Of a stretch of 64,000 nucleotides of DNA, positions 1 through 8,683 are shown piece after piece. The translations under genes and the position numbers were made by a program. How positions within the stretch are numbered: position 1 is the stretch's first letter; each line of letters begins with the position of its first letter. The notes beneath the pieces were generated by a model. That model had not been told where the DNA came from. It worked only from the letters and a program-made list of their open reading frames with translations, and ran no database searches. The DNA comes from an uncultured Prosthecobacter sp. (GTDB lineage Bacteria; Verrucomicrobiota; Verrucomicrobiia; Verrucomicrobiales; Akkermansiaceae), in assembly GCA_965650415.1 (NCBI GenBank), contig CBFGOP010000001.1, positions 9,731 through 73,730 of the forward strand, in the 5' to 3' direction.

Positions 1-1269
1 ACGCCTGGCTTGGATGGCACGGTTGAAAGGAGACTCATCGGCATCGCGTCCACCGACCAGAGCGATGACCGCGCCGGTGCGGTTTTCAATCAATACCGCG
101 GATGACTGGATATACTCAGGCAATTCTCGCTGTTCCTCAGGAATGGAGAGCCATTTGGCCCGAGTTTGGTGTCGGTAGCCTGACATGCGTTCGACCTCGC
201 TGAGTTTTTTCTCCATGGCTTCTTCAGCAACTTGTTGCAAACGTTGGTCAATCGTCGTGGAGATGATCAAACCACCGAGTTCGATGTTTTCCTTTTCGAG
301 GATGATCTCCAGATCGCGACGGATGGCATCCATGGCGTAGGAATCGTTGTAGGAGCGTTTCCAAAGCGGTCGAACCTTGATGGGTTCTTTTTTTGCATCA
401 TCCGCCTCCTGCTGGGTGATGTCATTGGCATCGGCCATGCGATCGAGAGTGGTATCGCGTTCACGCTTGGCGGCTTCCATGGAGCGGAAGGGATTGTAGG
501 CATCCGGACCACGGACGATTCCCGCCAACAAAGCGGATTCCGACAAGCTGAGTTGCGACGGATGTTTTTCGAAATAGATCCGTGCGGCTTCGCCAACTCC
601 TTTGATCTGTCTGCCCCAGTTGATCTGATTGATGTAGGCTTCCAGAATGCGGTCTTTGGTCAGTGCGGATTCGATGCGGAATGCGATGGCGATTTCAAGG
701 CACTTGCGATCGAGTTGCCTTGGCAGGTCGCCCCGTTTCTCTCCGCGTTTGAGTTGAAAGACATCCGAAGCGAGCTGTTGGGTGATGGTGGACGCACCTT
801 CACGCTTGCCTTCCAAATTTTTCAGAAACGCGCGTGCGATTCCAATGATGTCGATGGCACCGTGAGAGTAGAAACGTTCGTCTTCACGGGCGAGGATGGC
901 TTTGCGAAAATTTTCCGAGACTTCTGTTAACGGAACGATGGAGCGTTTTTCCCCATGGATGCGACCGATCTCGGTGTTGGTGCGATCGTAGATGATGGTT
1001 CGTTCCGGCATTTTATTGATCCGTCCCAGATCATAATGCGCGGCGCGATAGCCGTAAAACACGGACACTGCTGCGAGGAAGATCAGGCACGCGACAGTCG
1101 GAATACCGAAGATGAGAAGCACGGCTTTTTTGAAGCCCCTGAATCCGCGGATCAGGTAAAAAAACAAATGGAAGGGCCAAAAGATCAGCAATGACAACAG
1201 GCTGGGACGACTTCGGTTGTTAGCGGATTTCGCACGCGGTCGGTTGGTATGTTGCTTGCGGCTTGCCAT
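1..1269 (-). CDS. Class A penicillin-binding protein (GT51 transglycosylase + transpeptidase), 5' part only. The gene continues past the left edge.
   Basis: Hand translation of the minus strand from the ATG (CAT at 1267-1269) gives MASRKQHTNRP... It has one TM helix (VLLIFGIPTVACLIFLAAVSVFY) and the GT51 motifs EDERFYSHGAIDIIG and GASTITQQLA. It is absent from the ORF track because there is no stop inside the window. Track ORF 232..930(+) is its antisense shadow. Confidence 0.85.
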   Translation of the reverse strand, partial: MASRKQHTNRPRAKSANNRSRPSLLSLLIFWPFHLFFYLIRGFRGFKKAVLLIFGIPTVACLIFLAAVSVFYGYRAAHYDLGRINKMPERTIIYDRTNTEIGRIHGEKRSIVPLTEVSENFRKAILAREDERFYSHGAIDIIGIARAFLKNLEGKREGASTITQQLASDVFQLKRGEKRGDLPRQLDRKCLEIAIAFRIESALTKDRILEAYINQINWGRQIKGVGEAARIYFEKHPSQLSLSESALLAGIVRGPDAYNPFRSMEAAKRERDTTLDRMADANDITQQEADDAKKEPIKVRPLWKRSYNDSYAMDAIRRDLEIILEKENIELGGLIISTTIDQRLQQVAEEAMEKKLSEVERMSGYRHQTRAKWLSIPEEQRELPEYIQSSAVLIENRTGAVIALVGGRDADESPFNRAIQARR

Positions 1270-1398
1270 GTGGATAATGAACAAGCTAAGGGAAATTTGG
1301 ATAGGATGAAACCCTTAGTTTCGGCAAGTAGGCTTTTTTCTCCTTCCGTGAAGAAATTCGAGTAGACGAATCGCCTGACTGGTGTCGATTCTTGGGAA

Positions 1399-2382
1399 AT
1401 GGAAAAACACAGAATCATGCTGCTGAGTGGATGGCTCTGCGCGGCATTGCAGGCGAGTGAGCCTGTGAAGCAGCTTGAGGAGCTGATCAAGATGGAGCAA
1501 CAGGTGCAAAAAGTGTCCGAGAAAGCCCTGCCGGCGACGGTGGCGCTGGTTGCCGAAAGAACCGGTTCTTCGGGTTCAGGGGTCATCGTAAGCAAAGATG
1601 GACTGATCCTGACTGCAGCTCATGTGATTCAAGGTTTGCGTGAGGTGGATGTCTATTTTTCCGATGGCAAACGTTTTCCTGCCAAAGTCTTGGGGGCGAA
1701 TCTTTCCAAGGACATTGGCATGGTCAAAATGGTGAACAAAGGTCCATGGCCATATGTGGAGATAGGGGAATCCAAACCGCTTGATGCGGGCGATTGGGTC
1801 GTTGCGCTAGGACATTCCGCCGGATTCGATCCTGCGCGAACCGCTCCGGTTCGATTCGGTCGTGTGATGTCGGATGGTCCGGGAAATTATTTTACCACTG
1901 ATTGCACTCTGATCGGTGGCGACTCGGGCGGACCGTTGTTCGATCTCAATGCGAAGCTGGTCGGGATCAATTCCTCAATCGGCTGGTCTTGGAACAACAA
2001 CAACCATGCGGGTGTGGATGGTTTCAGGGAAGATTGGGATCGATTGTTGGCAGGTGAAACCTGGGGGGCTTTGAGGATGAATCCATTGGAAAATCCTGAA
2101 ACACCGGTTCTTGGGATCGTAATGGCACCAAGAGATGGTAGGCTCGGCGTCAGAGTTTTGGAAATGGCGACCAATTCGCCTGCTGCCGAAGCTGGGGTCA
2201 AGGTGGGAGATCGAATCGTGACTCTCGATGGCGAGCGCGTTAGCGATGGGACAGACTTACAGGAATTACTGCACAAAAAAGTCGCTGGTGATGTGATTTC
2301 TCTGGGCTTGGTTCGTGGCGATCAGGAACTGCAGATCGAAGTGGAGTTGGTGAAACGTGAGATGTTATTCAGGGTGAGATGA
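1399..2382 (+). CDS. Secreted trypsin-like serine protease with C-terminal PDZ domain (HtrA/DegP-like, S1C)
   Basis: Starts at ATG with an N-terminal signal-like segment. The catalytic triad contexts are intact: LTAAHV (His), KDIGMVKM (Asp), GDSGGPLFD (Ser). A PDZ-like segment is present (NSPAAEAGVKVGDRIVTLDG). Confidence 0.85.
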   Translation: MEKHRIMLLSGWLCAALQASEPVKQLEELIKMEQQVQKVSEKALPATVALVAERTGSSGSGVIVSKDGLILTAAHVIQGLREVDVYFSDGKRFPAKVLGANLSKDIGMVKMVNKGPWPYVEIGESKPLDAGDWVVALGHSAGFDPARTAPVRFGRVMSDGPGNYFTTDCTLIGGDSGGPLFDLNAKLVGINSSIGWSWNNNNHAGVDGFREDWDRLLAGETWGALRMNPLENPETPVLGIVMAPRDGRLGVRVLEMATNSPAAEAGVKVGDRIVTLDGERVSDGTDLQELLHKKVAGDVISLGLVRGDQELQIEVELVKREMLFRVR

Positions 2383-3653
2383 AATCGATGAAATGGACAG
2401 TGTATGGTTTATGTCTCCTAGGTGCGTTTTGCGACGCACAAGAGGAAGAAAAAGACGTACCCTTGATGAGACCGGATGAGGAAAAGGTGGTGAATGATCA
2501 AGCCGCATCAATGAGTGCGGTTTTGTCGAAAACTCTCGCCGAAGCATCCAAATCCACCGTCCGCGTTTGGGGTTTGGTGGGGCGGCAGGGTGAGTCCGCG
2601 GTTTTGGCATATGGAACCGTGGTTGGAAACGGCAAGCAGGTACTTACCAAATGGAGCGAGGTTGAGATCTCAGAAAAAAGCCTCTATGTCCAGTCCGGCA
2701 GCGGTGAGGCTTTCGAGGCCAGGATCAACGGAGTGTTCGCGGATGAGGATTTGGTTCTGCTAGATCTGGAGGAGCTGGGAGACAGAGGAAACCCTGTCAC
2801 TTCCGTTTTCTCACCCGCTAAGTTCGTTCCCTCGGAGCTTCGTCACGGTCGGTTTGTTTCGGCACCGCAAGCCGATGGAAAGCTGGCGGGTTTCGGGGTG
2901 ATCAGCGTATTGGAGAGAAACCTTCGTGAGACCGACCGCGCCCATCTCGGGGTTCTGGCGGATCAGAGTTACCGGGGCAAGGGTGTGAAGATCGCGAACT
3001 TACAGCCGGAATATGGAGCGGCCGAAGCGGGGATTCAGCCAGGCGATGTGATTTTGAAAATCGATGACAGGGAAATCTCCGGATTGCAGGAGTTGAAAAA
3101 CGCGCTGACCAATAAAATGCCGGGCGATCTGGTAAAAGTTCTGGTGGACTCGGCTGGGAAAGAGCGGACGATCGATGTGGTTCTATCAAACCGTCCCATC
3201 ATGGGTCAATTTTCCGGAGACCGACTCAATCAAATGGAGCGTATGGGTGGTGAACCGAATCGGGTGAGAAATGGATTTTCACGGGTGGTGCAGACCGATA
3301 TGAAGATCGAGAAAAACCAGATGGGTGGACCTGTCGTGGATTTGGAGGGTAATATCGTCGGTATCACCATGGCACGGGCGGATCGAACCCGGACTTACCT
3401 GATGAGTTCAACCGCGGTGATCGATGTATTGAAAGGGCCGATGCAAACCCTCGCGGAAGCAAAAGAAAAATTGGCCATGCAGCGACAGCAACTTGCAGAT
3501 CAGCGCAGAAATTTGATGCCGAAAATCCGTCCGACTCCTCAGGCCAGACGCTCATTCGACCCGGAGCGCACCCAACGGCATTTGCAGGATGTGGAGAGAT
3601 TGCGGGAGCGAATTTATCGCGAGCTAGAGCTGCTGGAACAGTTTGGCCCGTGA
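2379..3653 (+). CDS. Trypsin-fold + PDZ protein, predicted catalytically inactive paralog, with C-terminal coiled-coil tail
   Basis: ATGA overlap with the upstream protease stop. The protease-like core is present ([38 protein letters not shown]). The His position reads LTKWSEV and the Ser position reads NQMGGP, so both catalytic residues are replaced. PDZ-like [18 protein letters not shown]. The C-terminal tail is rich in Q/R/E heptads. Confidence 0.7.
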   Translation: MKSMKWTVYGLCLLGAFCDAQEEEKDVPLMRPDEEKVVNDQAASMSAVLSKTLAEASKSTVRVWGLVGRQGESAVLAYGTVVGNGKQVLTKWSEVEISEKSLYVQSGSGEAFEARINGVFADEDLVLLDLEELGDRGNPVTSVFSPAKFVPSELRHGRFVSAPQADGKLAGFGVISVLERNLRETDRAHLGVLADQSYRGKGVKIANLQPEYGAAEAGIQPGDVILKIDDREISGLQELKNALTNKMPGDLVKVLVDSAGKERTIDVVLSNRPIMGQFSGDRLNQMERMGGEPNRVRNGFSRVVQTDMKIEKNQMGGPVVDLEGNIVGITMARADRTRTYLMSSTAVIDVLKGPMQTLAEAKEKLAMQRQQLADQRRNLMPKIRPTPQARRSFDPERTQRHLQDVERLRERIYRELELLEQFGP

Positions 3654-3705
3654 AAAAATTTCATCGGTTGCGTTCCACCTCTGTTCGCGTCTATCTTTCC
3701 TCGCG

Positions 3706-5337
3706 ATGAGCGAGAAATCATTTTTCTACCAAGATCCGTTTCCTTTGGGCGCGGACGAAACCGAGTATGAGCGGATCCACGAAGGTTTTGTGGAGACGGC
3801 GGATTTTCAGGGAAACCCGATGCTGAAAATCGACCCCGAGGCTCTCAGTTTTCTCGCCGCCGAGGCGATGAAGGCGATCAATTTCAAACTCCGCAGCAGT
3901 CACCTCGCGCAGGTCGCGGCGATTCTCGACGATCCCGAGGCATCCGATAACGACCGCATGGTCGCGCTCATGTTGCTGAAAAATGCGGAGATTGCCGCAC
4001 GCGGGATTTTGCCCGGTTGTCAGGACACCGGCACGGCGACGGTGATTGGCAAAAAAGGCCAGGGCGTGTGGACCGGTGTGGACGATGCGGAGTTTCTCTC
4101 CAAAGGCATTCACAAAACCTACACCGAGGAAAACCTGCGTTACTCGCAAACCGCGCCTCTCACGATGTATGAGGAGGTGAACACAAAAACTAACCTTCCC
4201 GCGCAGATCGATCTCTATGCCAGCAAGGGTTCCGAGTATCATTTCCTTTTCGTCAGCAAGGGCGGGGGATCGGCGAACAAAACCTTTCTCTATCAGGAAA
4301 CCAAAGCCCTGTTGAATCCCAAACGCCTGAAAGAATTCTGCATCGAGAAAATGCGTTCGCTCGGCACCGCCGCCTGCCCGCCTTATCACCTCGCGTTTGT
4401 CTTCGGTGGCACTTCGGCCGAAAACAATCTCAAGACGGTCAAGATGACATCGACCCGTTACTACGACAGCCTTCCAACCTCCGGCAACGAGCACGGTCGT
4501 GCCTTCCGTGATCTGGAGTTGGAAAAGGAACTGCTGCAATGCGCCCGCGAGATCGGAATCGGCGCGCAGTTTGGTGGAAAATATTTCGCGCTCGATGTCA
4601 GAGTGGTTCGATTGCCGCGTCATGGCGCATCCTGTCCGGTTGGGATAGGAGTCTCGTGCTCGGCGGATCGCCAAGCCAAAGCCAAGATCACCAAAGACGG
4701 AATCTTTCTGGAAAAACTCGAAACCAATCCGGGTCGCTTCATCCCCGATAAATACCGTGATTGGAAATTCAAAGGGGTTGAGATCGATCTCGACAAGGGC
4801 ATGGAACACACCCTCGCCACCCTGTCGAAATATCCCGTCACCACGGCGATTTCTCTAACAGGAACCATCATCGTCGCGCGCGATTCCGCGCACGCAAAGC
4901 TCAAGGAGATCCTCGATGAAACCGGCGACCTGCCGGAATACTTCAAAAAATATCCCGTCTACTACGCGGGTCCCGCCAAAACTCCCGCCGGAATGCCATC
5001 GGGCAGCTTCGGTCCGACCACGGCCGGGCGCATGGACGGCTATGTCGATCTGTTCCAATCCAAAGGCGGCTCCATGGTCATGCTCGCCAAAGGAAACCGT
5101 TCCCAACAGGTGACCGATGCCTGCAAGAAACACGGCGGATTCTATCTCGGCTCCGCCGGCGGACCCGCGGCCTTGTTAGCCAGCGATCACATCCGTTCCC
5201 AGGAGGTCGTCGATTTCCCGGAGTTGGGCATGGAAGCCGTCTGGAAAATCACCGTGGAAAATTTCCCCGCGTTCATCCTCGTGGACAACAAAGGCAATGA
5301 TTTCTTCACCGCGATCAACCATTGTCCGATTTGTTAG
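3706..5337 (+). CDS. fumA: Class I (Fe-S) fumarate hydratase, fused alpha/beta type
   Basis: [21 protein letters not shown]... resembles the FumA/FumB N-terminus as I recall it. Length from ATG 3706 is about 543 aa. The track start at 3643 is a TTG extension that overlaps the upstream gene end. Confidence 0.9.
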   Translation: MSEKSFFYQDPFPLGADETEYERIHEGFVETADFQGNPMLKIDPEALSFLAAEAMKAINFKLRSSHLAQVAAILDDPEASDNDRMVALMLLKNAEIAARGILPGCQDTGTATVIGKKGQGVWTGVDDAEFLSKGIHKTYTEENLRYSQTAPLTMYEEVNTKTNLPAQIDLYASKGSEYHFLFVSKGGGSANKTFLYQETKALLNPKRLKEFCIEKMRSLGTAACPPYHLAFVFGGTSAENNLKTVKMTSTRYYDSLPTSGNEHGRAFRDLELEKELLQCAREIGIGAQFGGKYFALDVRVVRLPRHGASCPVGIGVSCSADRQAKAKITKDGIFLEKLETNPGRFIPDKYRDWKFKGVEIDLDKGMEHTLATLSKYPVTTAISLTGTIIVARDSAHAKLKEILDETGDLPEYFKKYPVYYAGPAKTPAGMPSGSFGPTTAGRMDGYVDLFQSKGGSMVMLAKGNRSQQVTDACKKHGGFYLGSAGGPAALLASDHIRSQEVVDFPELGMEAVWKITVENFPAFILVDNKGNDFFTAINHCPIC

Positions 5338-5348
5338 GAGAAGATTTT

Positions 5349-5443
5349 GACCACGGAATGCACGGAATACACGGAGTAAAAATAACAAAGACATTAGACC
5401 GCGCGTCAGCTCCCATTCTGTCTAATCCGTGCATTCCGTGGTC
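5349..5443. repeat. 18-bp perfect inverted repeat (GACCACGGAATGCACGGA / TCCGTGCATTCCGTGGTC) with a 59-nt spacer, in the fumA-trxA intergenic region
   Basis: Arms at 5349-5366 and 5426-5443, verified by hand reverse-complementing. The first arm lies in a CACGGAAT(G/A) tandem. The spacer holds a nested TTAGAC/GTCTAA repeat. A 10-bp palindrome CCAAATTTGG follows at 5450-5459. Confidence 0.8.
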
Positions 5444-5491
5444 TAATTTCCAAATTTGGTAATAAATACTAAAACGAGACTTCATTAACCT

Positions 5492-5812
5492 ATGCTCAAA
5501 GAACTCAACGAAACCAATTTCCAATCCGAAGTCCTGGATTCGCCAATTCCCGTATTGGTCGATTTCTGGTCAATCGGCTGCGGTCCATGCATGCAGCTAC
5601 TTCCTGTCATCGAACAACTTGCCAGCGAGATGGATGGGAAAGCCAAAATCTGCAAAATCAACGCCATCGAAAACATCAAGCTATCAACCAGCTATGGCGT
5701 TCGCTCCGTTCCCAATCTCCTGTTTTTCAAAAATGGAGAGGTCAAAGATCAAGTGATCGGAGCAAATATTACGAAAGAGCAGTTGAAGGCGAAGTTGGAA
5801 GGGTTGATGTGA
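5492..5812 (+). CDS. trxA: Thioredoxin
   Basis: 106 aa with a CGPC active site (FWSIGCGPCM) and the typical thioredoxin layout (VLVDFW...P..KIN.....YGVRSVPNLLFFKNGE). Confidence 0.9.
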   Translation: MLKELNETNFQSEVLDSPIPVLVDFWSIGCGPCMQLLPVIEQLASEMDGKAKICKINAIENIKLSTSYGVRSVPNLLFFKNGEVKDQVIGANITKEQLKAKLEGLM

Positions 5813-5839
5813 AATTAGCGGAGATCATTGGTCTCCACC

Positions 5840-6397
5840 TCACCACTCCACCGGTAGCTCGATGATTTTTCCGGCGTCTTCGTATTTGATGTGGCCGTGT
5901 TTCATGCCATATTCGTGGACGAAGCGGGTGACCTTGACGTCGTAGGCGCAGTATTCGGCGATCTTTCTCAACGGCTCGAACTCGCCCGTTTTTTTGTGTT
6001 CCTGCCACCAACGGATGGCGTCCAGTCCGTCGGCGGATTTTCCGGTGCCGAGGCAGGATGAGGCGACGTTGTCGAGTTTGAGGAAACGGCCCATGCGCTC
6101 TTTGACGTCGAGCATCATGTCGAGGTTGATGGTTTGTTCTTCAAGGTTCGGAAGAACGTAAGCTTGCAGAACGGGGTAATCGAAACCGATGTGGTTCCAG
6201 CCGACGACGAGATCGGCTTTGAGTAGAAGATCGGTCAACGCGTCGAGATCCTTTTCACCATAAATCACATACTCGTCGGTCGCGGTGGAATAGGTGACGG
6301 CAACGGAAATGCAGAGTTTGGCTTTGTTCGAAAAGCCACCGACATCGCTGATACTGCGTTGGGTTTCGAGGTCGAAATAGACGATGTTTTTTGGCAT
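5840..6397 (-). CDS. DEDDy-type 3'-5' exonuclease fold protein (RNase H-like superfamily)
   Basis: 185 aa. ExoI-like YFDLETQ, ExoII-like GWNHIGFDYPVL, ExoIII-like YCAYDVKVT. The exact family is not resolved. Confidence 0.6.
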   Translation of the reverse strand: MPKNIVYFDLETQRSISDVGGFSNKAKLCISVAVTYSTATDEYVIYGEKDLDALTDLLLKADLVVGWNHIGFDYPVLQAYVLPNLEEQTINLDMMLDVKERMGRFLKLDNVASSCLGTGKSADGLDAIRWWQEHKKTGEFEPLRKIAEYCAYDVKVTRFVHEYGMKHGHIKYEDAGKIIELPVEW

Positions 6398-6512
6398 GAA
6401 GAAAGTTTGCTAGTTAGAAGTTTTCAGTCTGAAGGGAAGAGAGTCTGTGCCGAGTGATAAGTAAATCATGAGGTGTGAAACTTCTTATCTTCTGTCTCGA
6501 AGTTTTCTGTCT

Positions 6513-7772
6513 TTATCTCACCTGCCCATTTCCACGAATCCGATACTGATAGCTTGTGAGTTCACGCAAGCCCATCGGGCCGCGGGCGTGGAGTTTGTCG
6601 GTGGAAATGCCGATCTCTGCGCCGAAGCCGAATTCCCCACCATCGGCGAAGCGGGTGGAAGCGTTGTGCATGACGCAGGCGGAATCGATGGAGCGCAGGA
6701 ATTTTTCTGCTTCTGTGGAATCGGCAGTGACGATGCTGTCGGTGTGATGCGAACCGTAGGTGTTGATGTGCGTGATCGCTTCGTCGAGGGTATCGACGAT
6801 TTTGATGGAAAGGATTTTTTCCAAATACTCGGTCGACCAATCCTCTTCGGTGGCGGGCACGAGATCGGTTAGAATTTCCAAGCAGTTTTCACAGCCTCGA
6901 AGCTCGACACCTTTTTTGCGCAGGGCGGCGGCGACTTTCGGGAGGAAATCGTTGGCGATCGATTTCTGGATGAGGAGGGTTTCAAGCGCGTTGCAGACAC
7001 CGGGTTTCTGGACTTTGGAGTTGAGGATGAGGTCGATGGCCATCGCCTGATCGGCTTTTTCGGAAACGTAGATGTGGCAGATGCCGTCATAGTGCTTGAT
7101 GACGGGCATGCGCGCGAGCGAGACGACGGTTTCGATCAGACCCTTGCCGCCGCGAGGGATGATGAGGTCGAGCCATTGATCCATCCCGGCCATGGCGGCG
7201 ACGCTTTGGCGGTCGGTGAAAGGGATGAGTTGGATCGCGTGTTCAGGGAGTCCGGCTTTAGCACCGCCGGAGCTGAGGGCGGAGGCGATGGCGCGGTTGG
7301 AATGGATGGCCTCGCTGCCACCGCGCAGGATGGTGGCGTTTCCGGTTTTGAAGCAGAGAGCGGCGGCGTCCGCGGTGACGTTGGGTCGACTCTCGTAAAT
7401 GATGCCGATGGTGCCGATGGGGACGCGGATTTGTTCGATGCGCAGGCCGTTGGGTTGAGTCCAATCTTCGAGGACCTGGCCGACCGGATCGGGCAGGGTG
7501 GCAACGTGTTCGAGTGCGCTGGCAATGGCTTCAATCCTTGTGGGATCGAGTTTCAAACGATCGATCATGGCGCTCGTCAGGCCTTTTTCCTGAGCGGCGT
7601 TGAGGTCTTTTTGGTTCTCGGAAAGGATGTCGGATTCGTGGTCGCGGAGGCCCTGCGCCATCGCGCGGAGGATGGCGTTCTTTTGATCGGAGGAGAGTGA
7701 GGCGAGCTGGTAGGCCGCGGCACGGGCTTGTTTGCCCATGGCGTGGATTTGCTCGGTGATGGCGTCGGACAT
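6513..7772 (-). CDS. proA: Gamma-glutamyl phosphate reductase
   Basis: Aldehyde-dehydrogenase-type ProA sequence (IYESRPNVT, GNATILRGGSEA, NASTRFADGGEFG). I prefer ATG at 7772 (MSDAITEQIH...), 5 nt after the proB stop, over the track start at 7859, which overlaps proB. Confidence 0.9.
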   Translation of the reverse strand: MSDAITEQIHAMGKQARAAAYQLASLSSDQKNAILRAMAQGLRDHESDILSENQKDLNAAQEKGLTSAMIDRLKLDPTRIEAIASALEHVATLPDPVGQVLEDWTQPNGLRIEQIRVPIGTIGIIYESRPNVTADAAALCFKTGNATILRGGSEAIHSNRAIASALSSGGAKAGLPEHAIQLIPFTDRQSVAAMAGMDQWLDLIIPRGGKGLIETVVSLARMPVIKHYDGICHIYVSEKADQAMAIDLILNSKVQKPGVCNALETLLIQKSIANDFLPKVAAALRKKGVELRGCENCLEILTDLVPATEEDWSTEYLEKILSIKIVDTLDEAITHINTYGSHHTDSIVTADSTEAEKFLRSIDSACVMHNASTRFADGGEFGFGAEIGISTDKLHARGPMGLRELTSYQYRIRGNGQVR

Positions 7773-7776
7773 GGGC

Positions 7777-8541
7777 TTACTTTTTCGCGATGAAGTGGGT
7801 GGAGATGCCTTTTCCTGCGAGGATGTCGGAAAGTCGTTCGGGGTTGCGGCCGTTGGCAATGTGGACTTCGATCCCGGCGTTGGTGGCGAATTTCACGGCT
7901 TCGAGTTTCGAACTCATGCCGCCCATGGAGAATTTCCCTTTGTCATCACGGACGTGGCCGAAGGCTGTATCGATGTCGGAAACCTCGGGAATGAGCTGGT
8001 TGTTGGATGGATCGAGCAAGCCATCGACGCTGGTGAGCAGGATCACGCGATTGGCGCCGACGAGTTTGGCGACATGAACGGAGAGCATGTCGTTGTCCCC
8101 GAAGCTGAGTTCACGGATCGCGACCGAATCGTTTTCGTTGATGATGGGGAGGATGCGGGGTTCCTGGAGGAGGCGATTGAAGGTGTTGAGGAGATTGGCG
8201 GCGCGGGTTTCCGATTGGATGTCCTCGGTGGTGAGGAGGATTTGGGAAACGAGGATGTCGAAATTGGAAAACAGGGAGCTATAGGTGCTCATGAGGCGGG
8301 CTTGACCAACGGCAGCGCAGGCTTGGCGGGTAGCAATATCGCTGGGGTATTCGGTGAGACCCATGGCCGAAACCCCGGAGCCGACCGCTCCGGAAGAGAC
8401 GAAGAGGCAGCGATGACCCTCGTTGATGAGCTTGGAAATGGAAGCGACCAGATGCACGAGGGCCGCGCGATCGATGGTGCCGTCGGCGGTTTTGGTGAGG
8501 ACGCCGGTTCCGGCTTTGATGATGGTGAGATCGCTGGTCAT
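7777..8541 (-). CDS. proB: Glutamate 5-kinase (short form without PUA domain)
   Basis: Amino-acid-kinase fold motifs (IIKAGTGVLT, FVSSGAVG, INENDSV, LLTSVDGL, GGMSSKL). ATG at 8541 (MTSDLTII...) avoids overlap with the divergent gene at 8684. About 254 aa, so there is no room for a PUA domain. Confidence 0.9.
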   Translation of the reverse strand: MTSDLTIIKAGTGVLTKTADGTIDRAALVHLVASISKLINEGHRCLFVSSGAVGSGVSAMGLTEYPSDIATRQACAAVGQARLMSTYSSLFSNFDILVSQILLTTEDIQSETRAANLLNTFNRLLQEPRILPIINENDSVAIRELSFGDNDMLSVHVAKLVGANRVILLTSVDGLLDPSNNQLIPEVSDIDTAFGHVRDDKGKFSMGGMSSKLEAVKFATNAGIEVHIANGRNPERLSDILAGKGISTHFIAKK

Positions 8542-8683
8542 GTTGGCAGGGAATTGCGGACGAGGAGGAATAAACCGTCGTATCAGCCTTGCCAATCCAA
8601 ACCTTTGGTCGGTTTTTTTCGGTTCCGCTTGCGGATGGGTATTTGCGCTCCTATAAAACCGCCGCGCAAGCGCCCCAATAAAG

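Noticed and set aside
232-930. 232-aa plus-strand ORF (and 267..596 minus) at the left edge
   Set aside because: It is the antisense shadow of the class A PBP encoded on the minus strand. Its translation is low-complexity (G/D/F-rich) with no motifs.
3718-4809. 363-aa minus-strand ORF
   Set aside because: It lies entirely inside and antisense to the strongly supported class I fumarase gene, and it has shadow-ORF composition.
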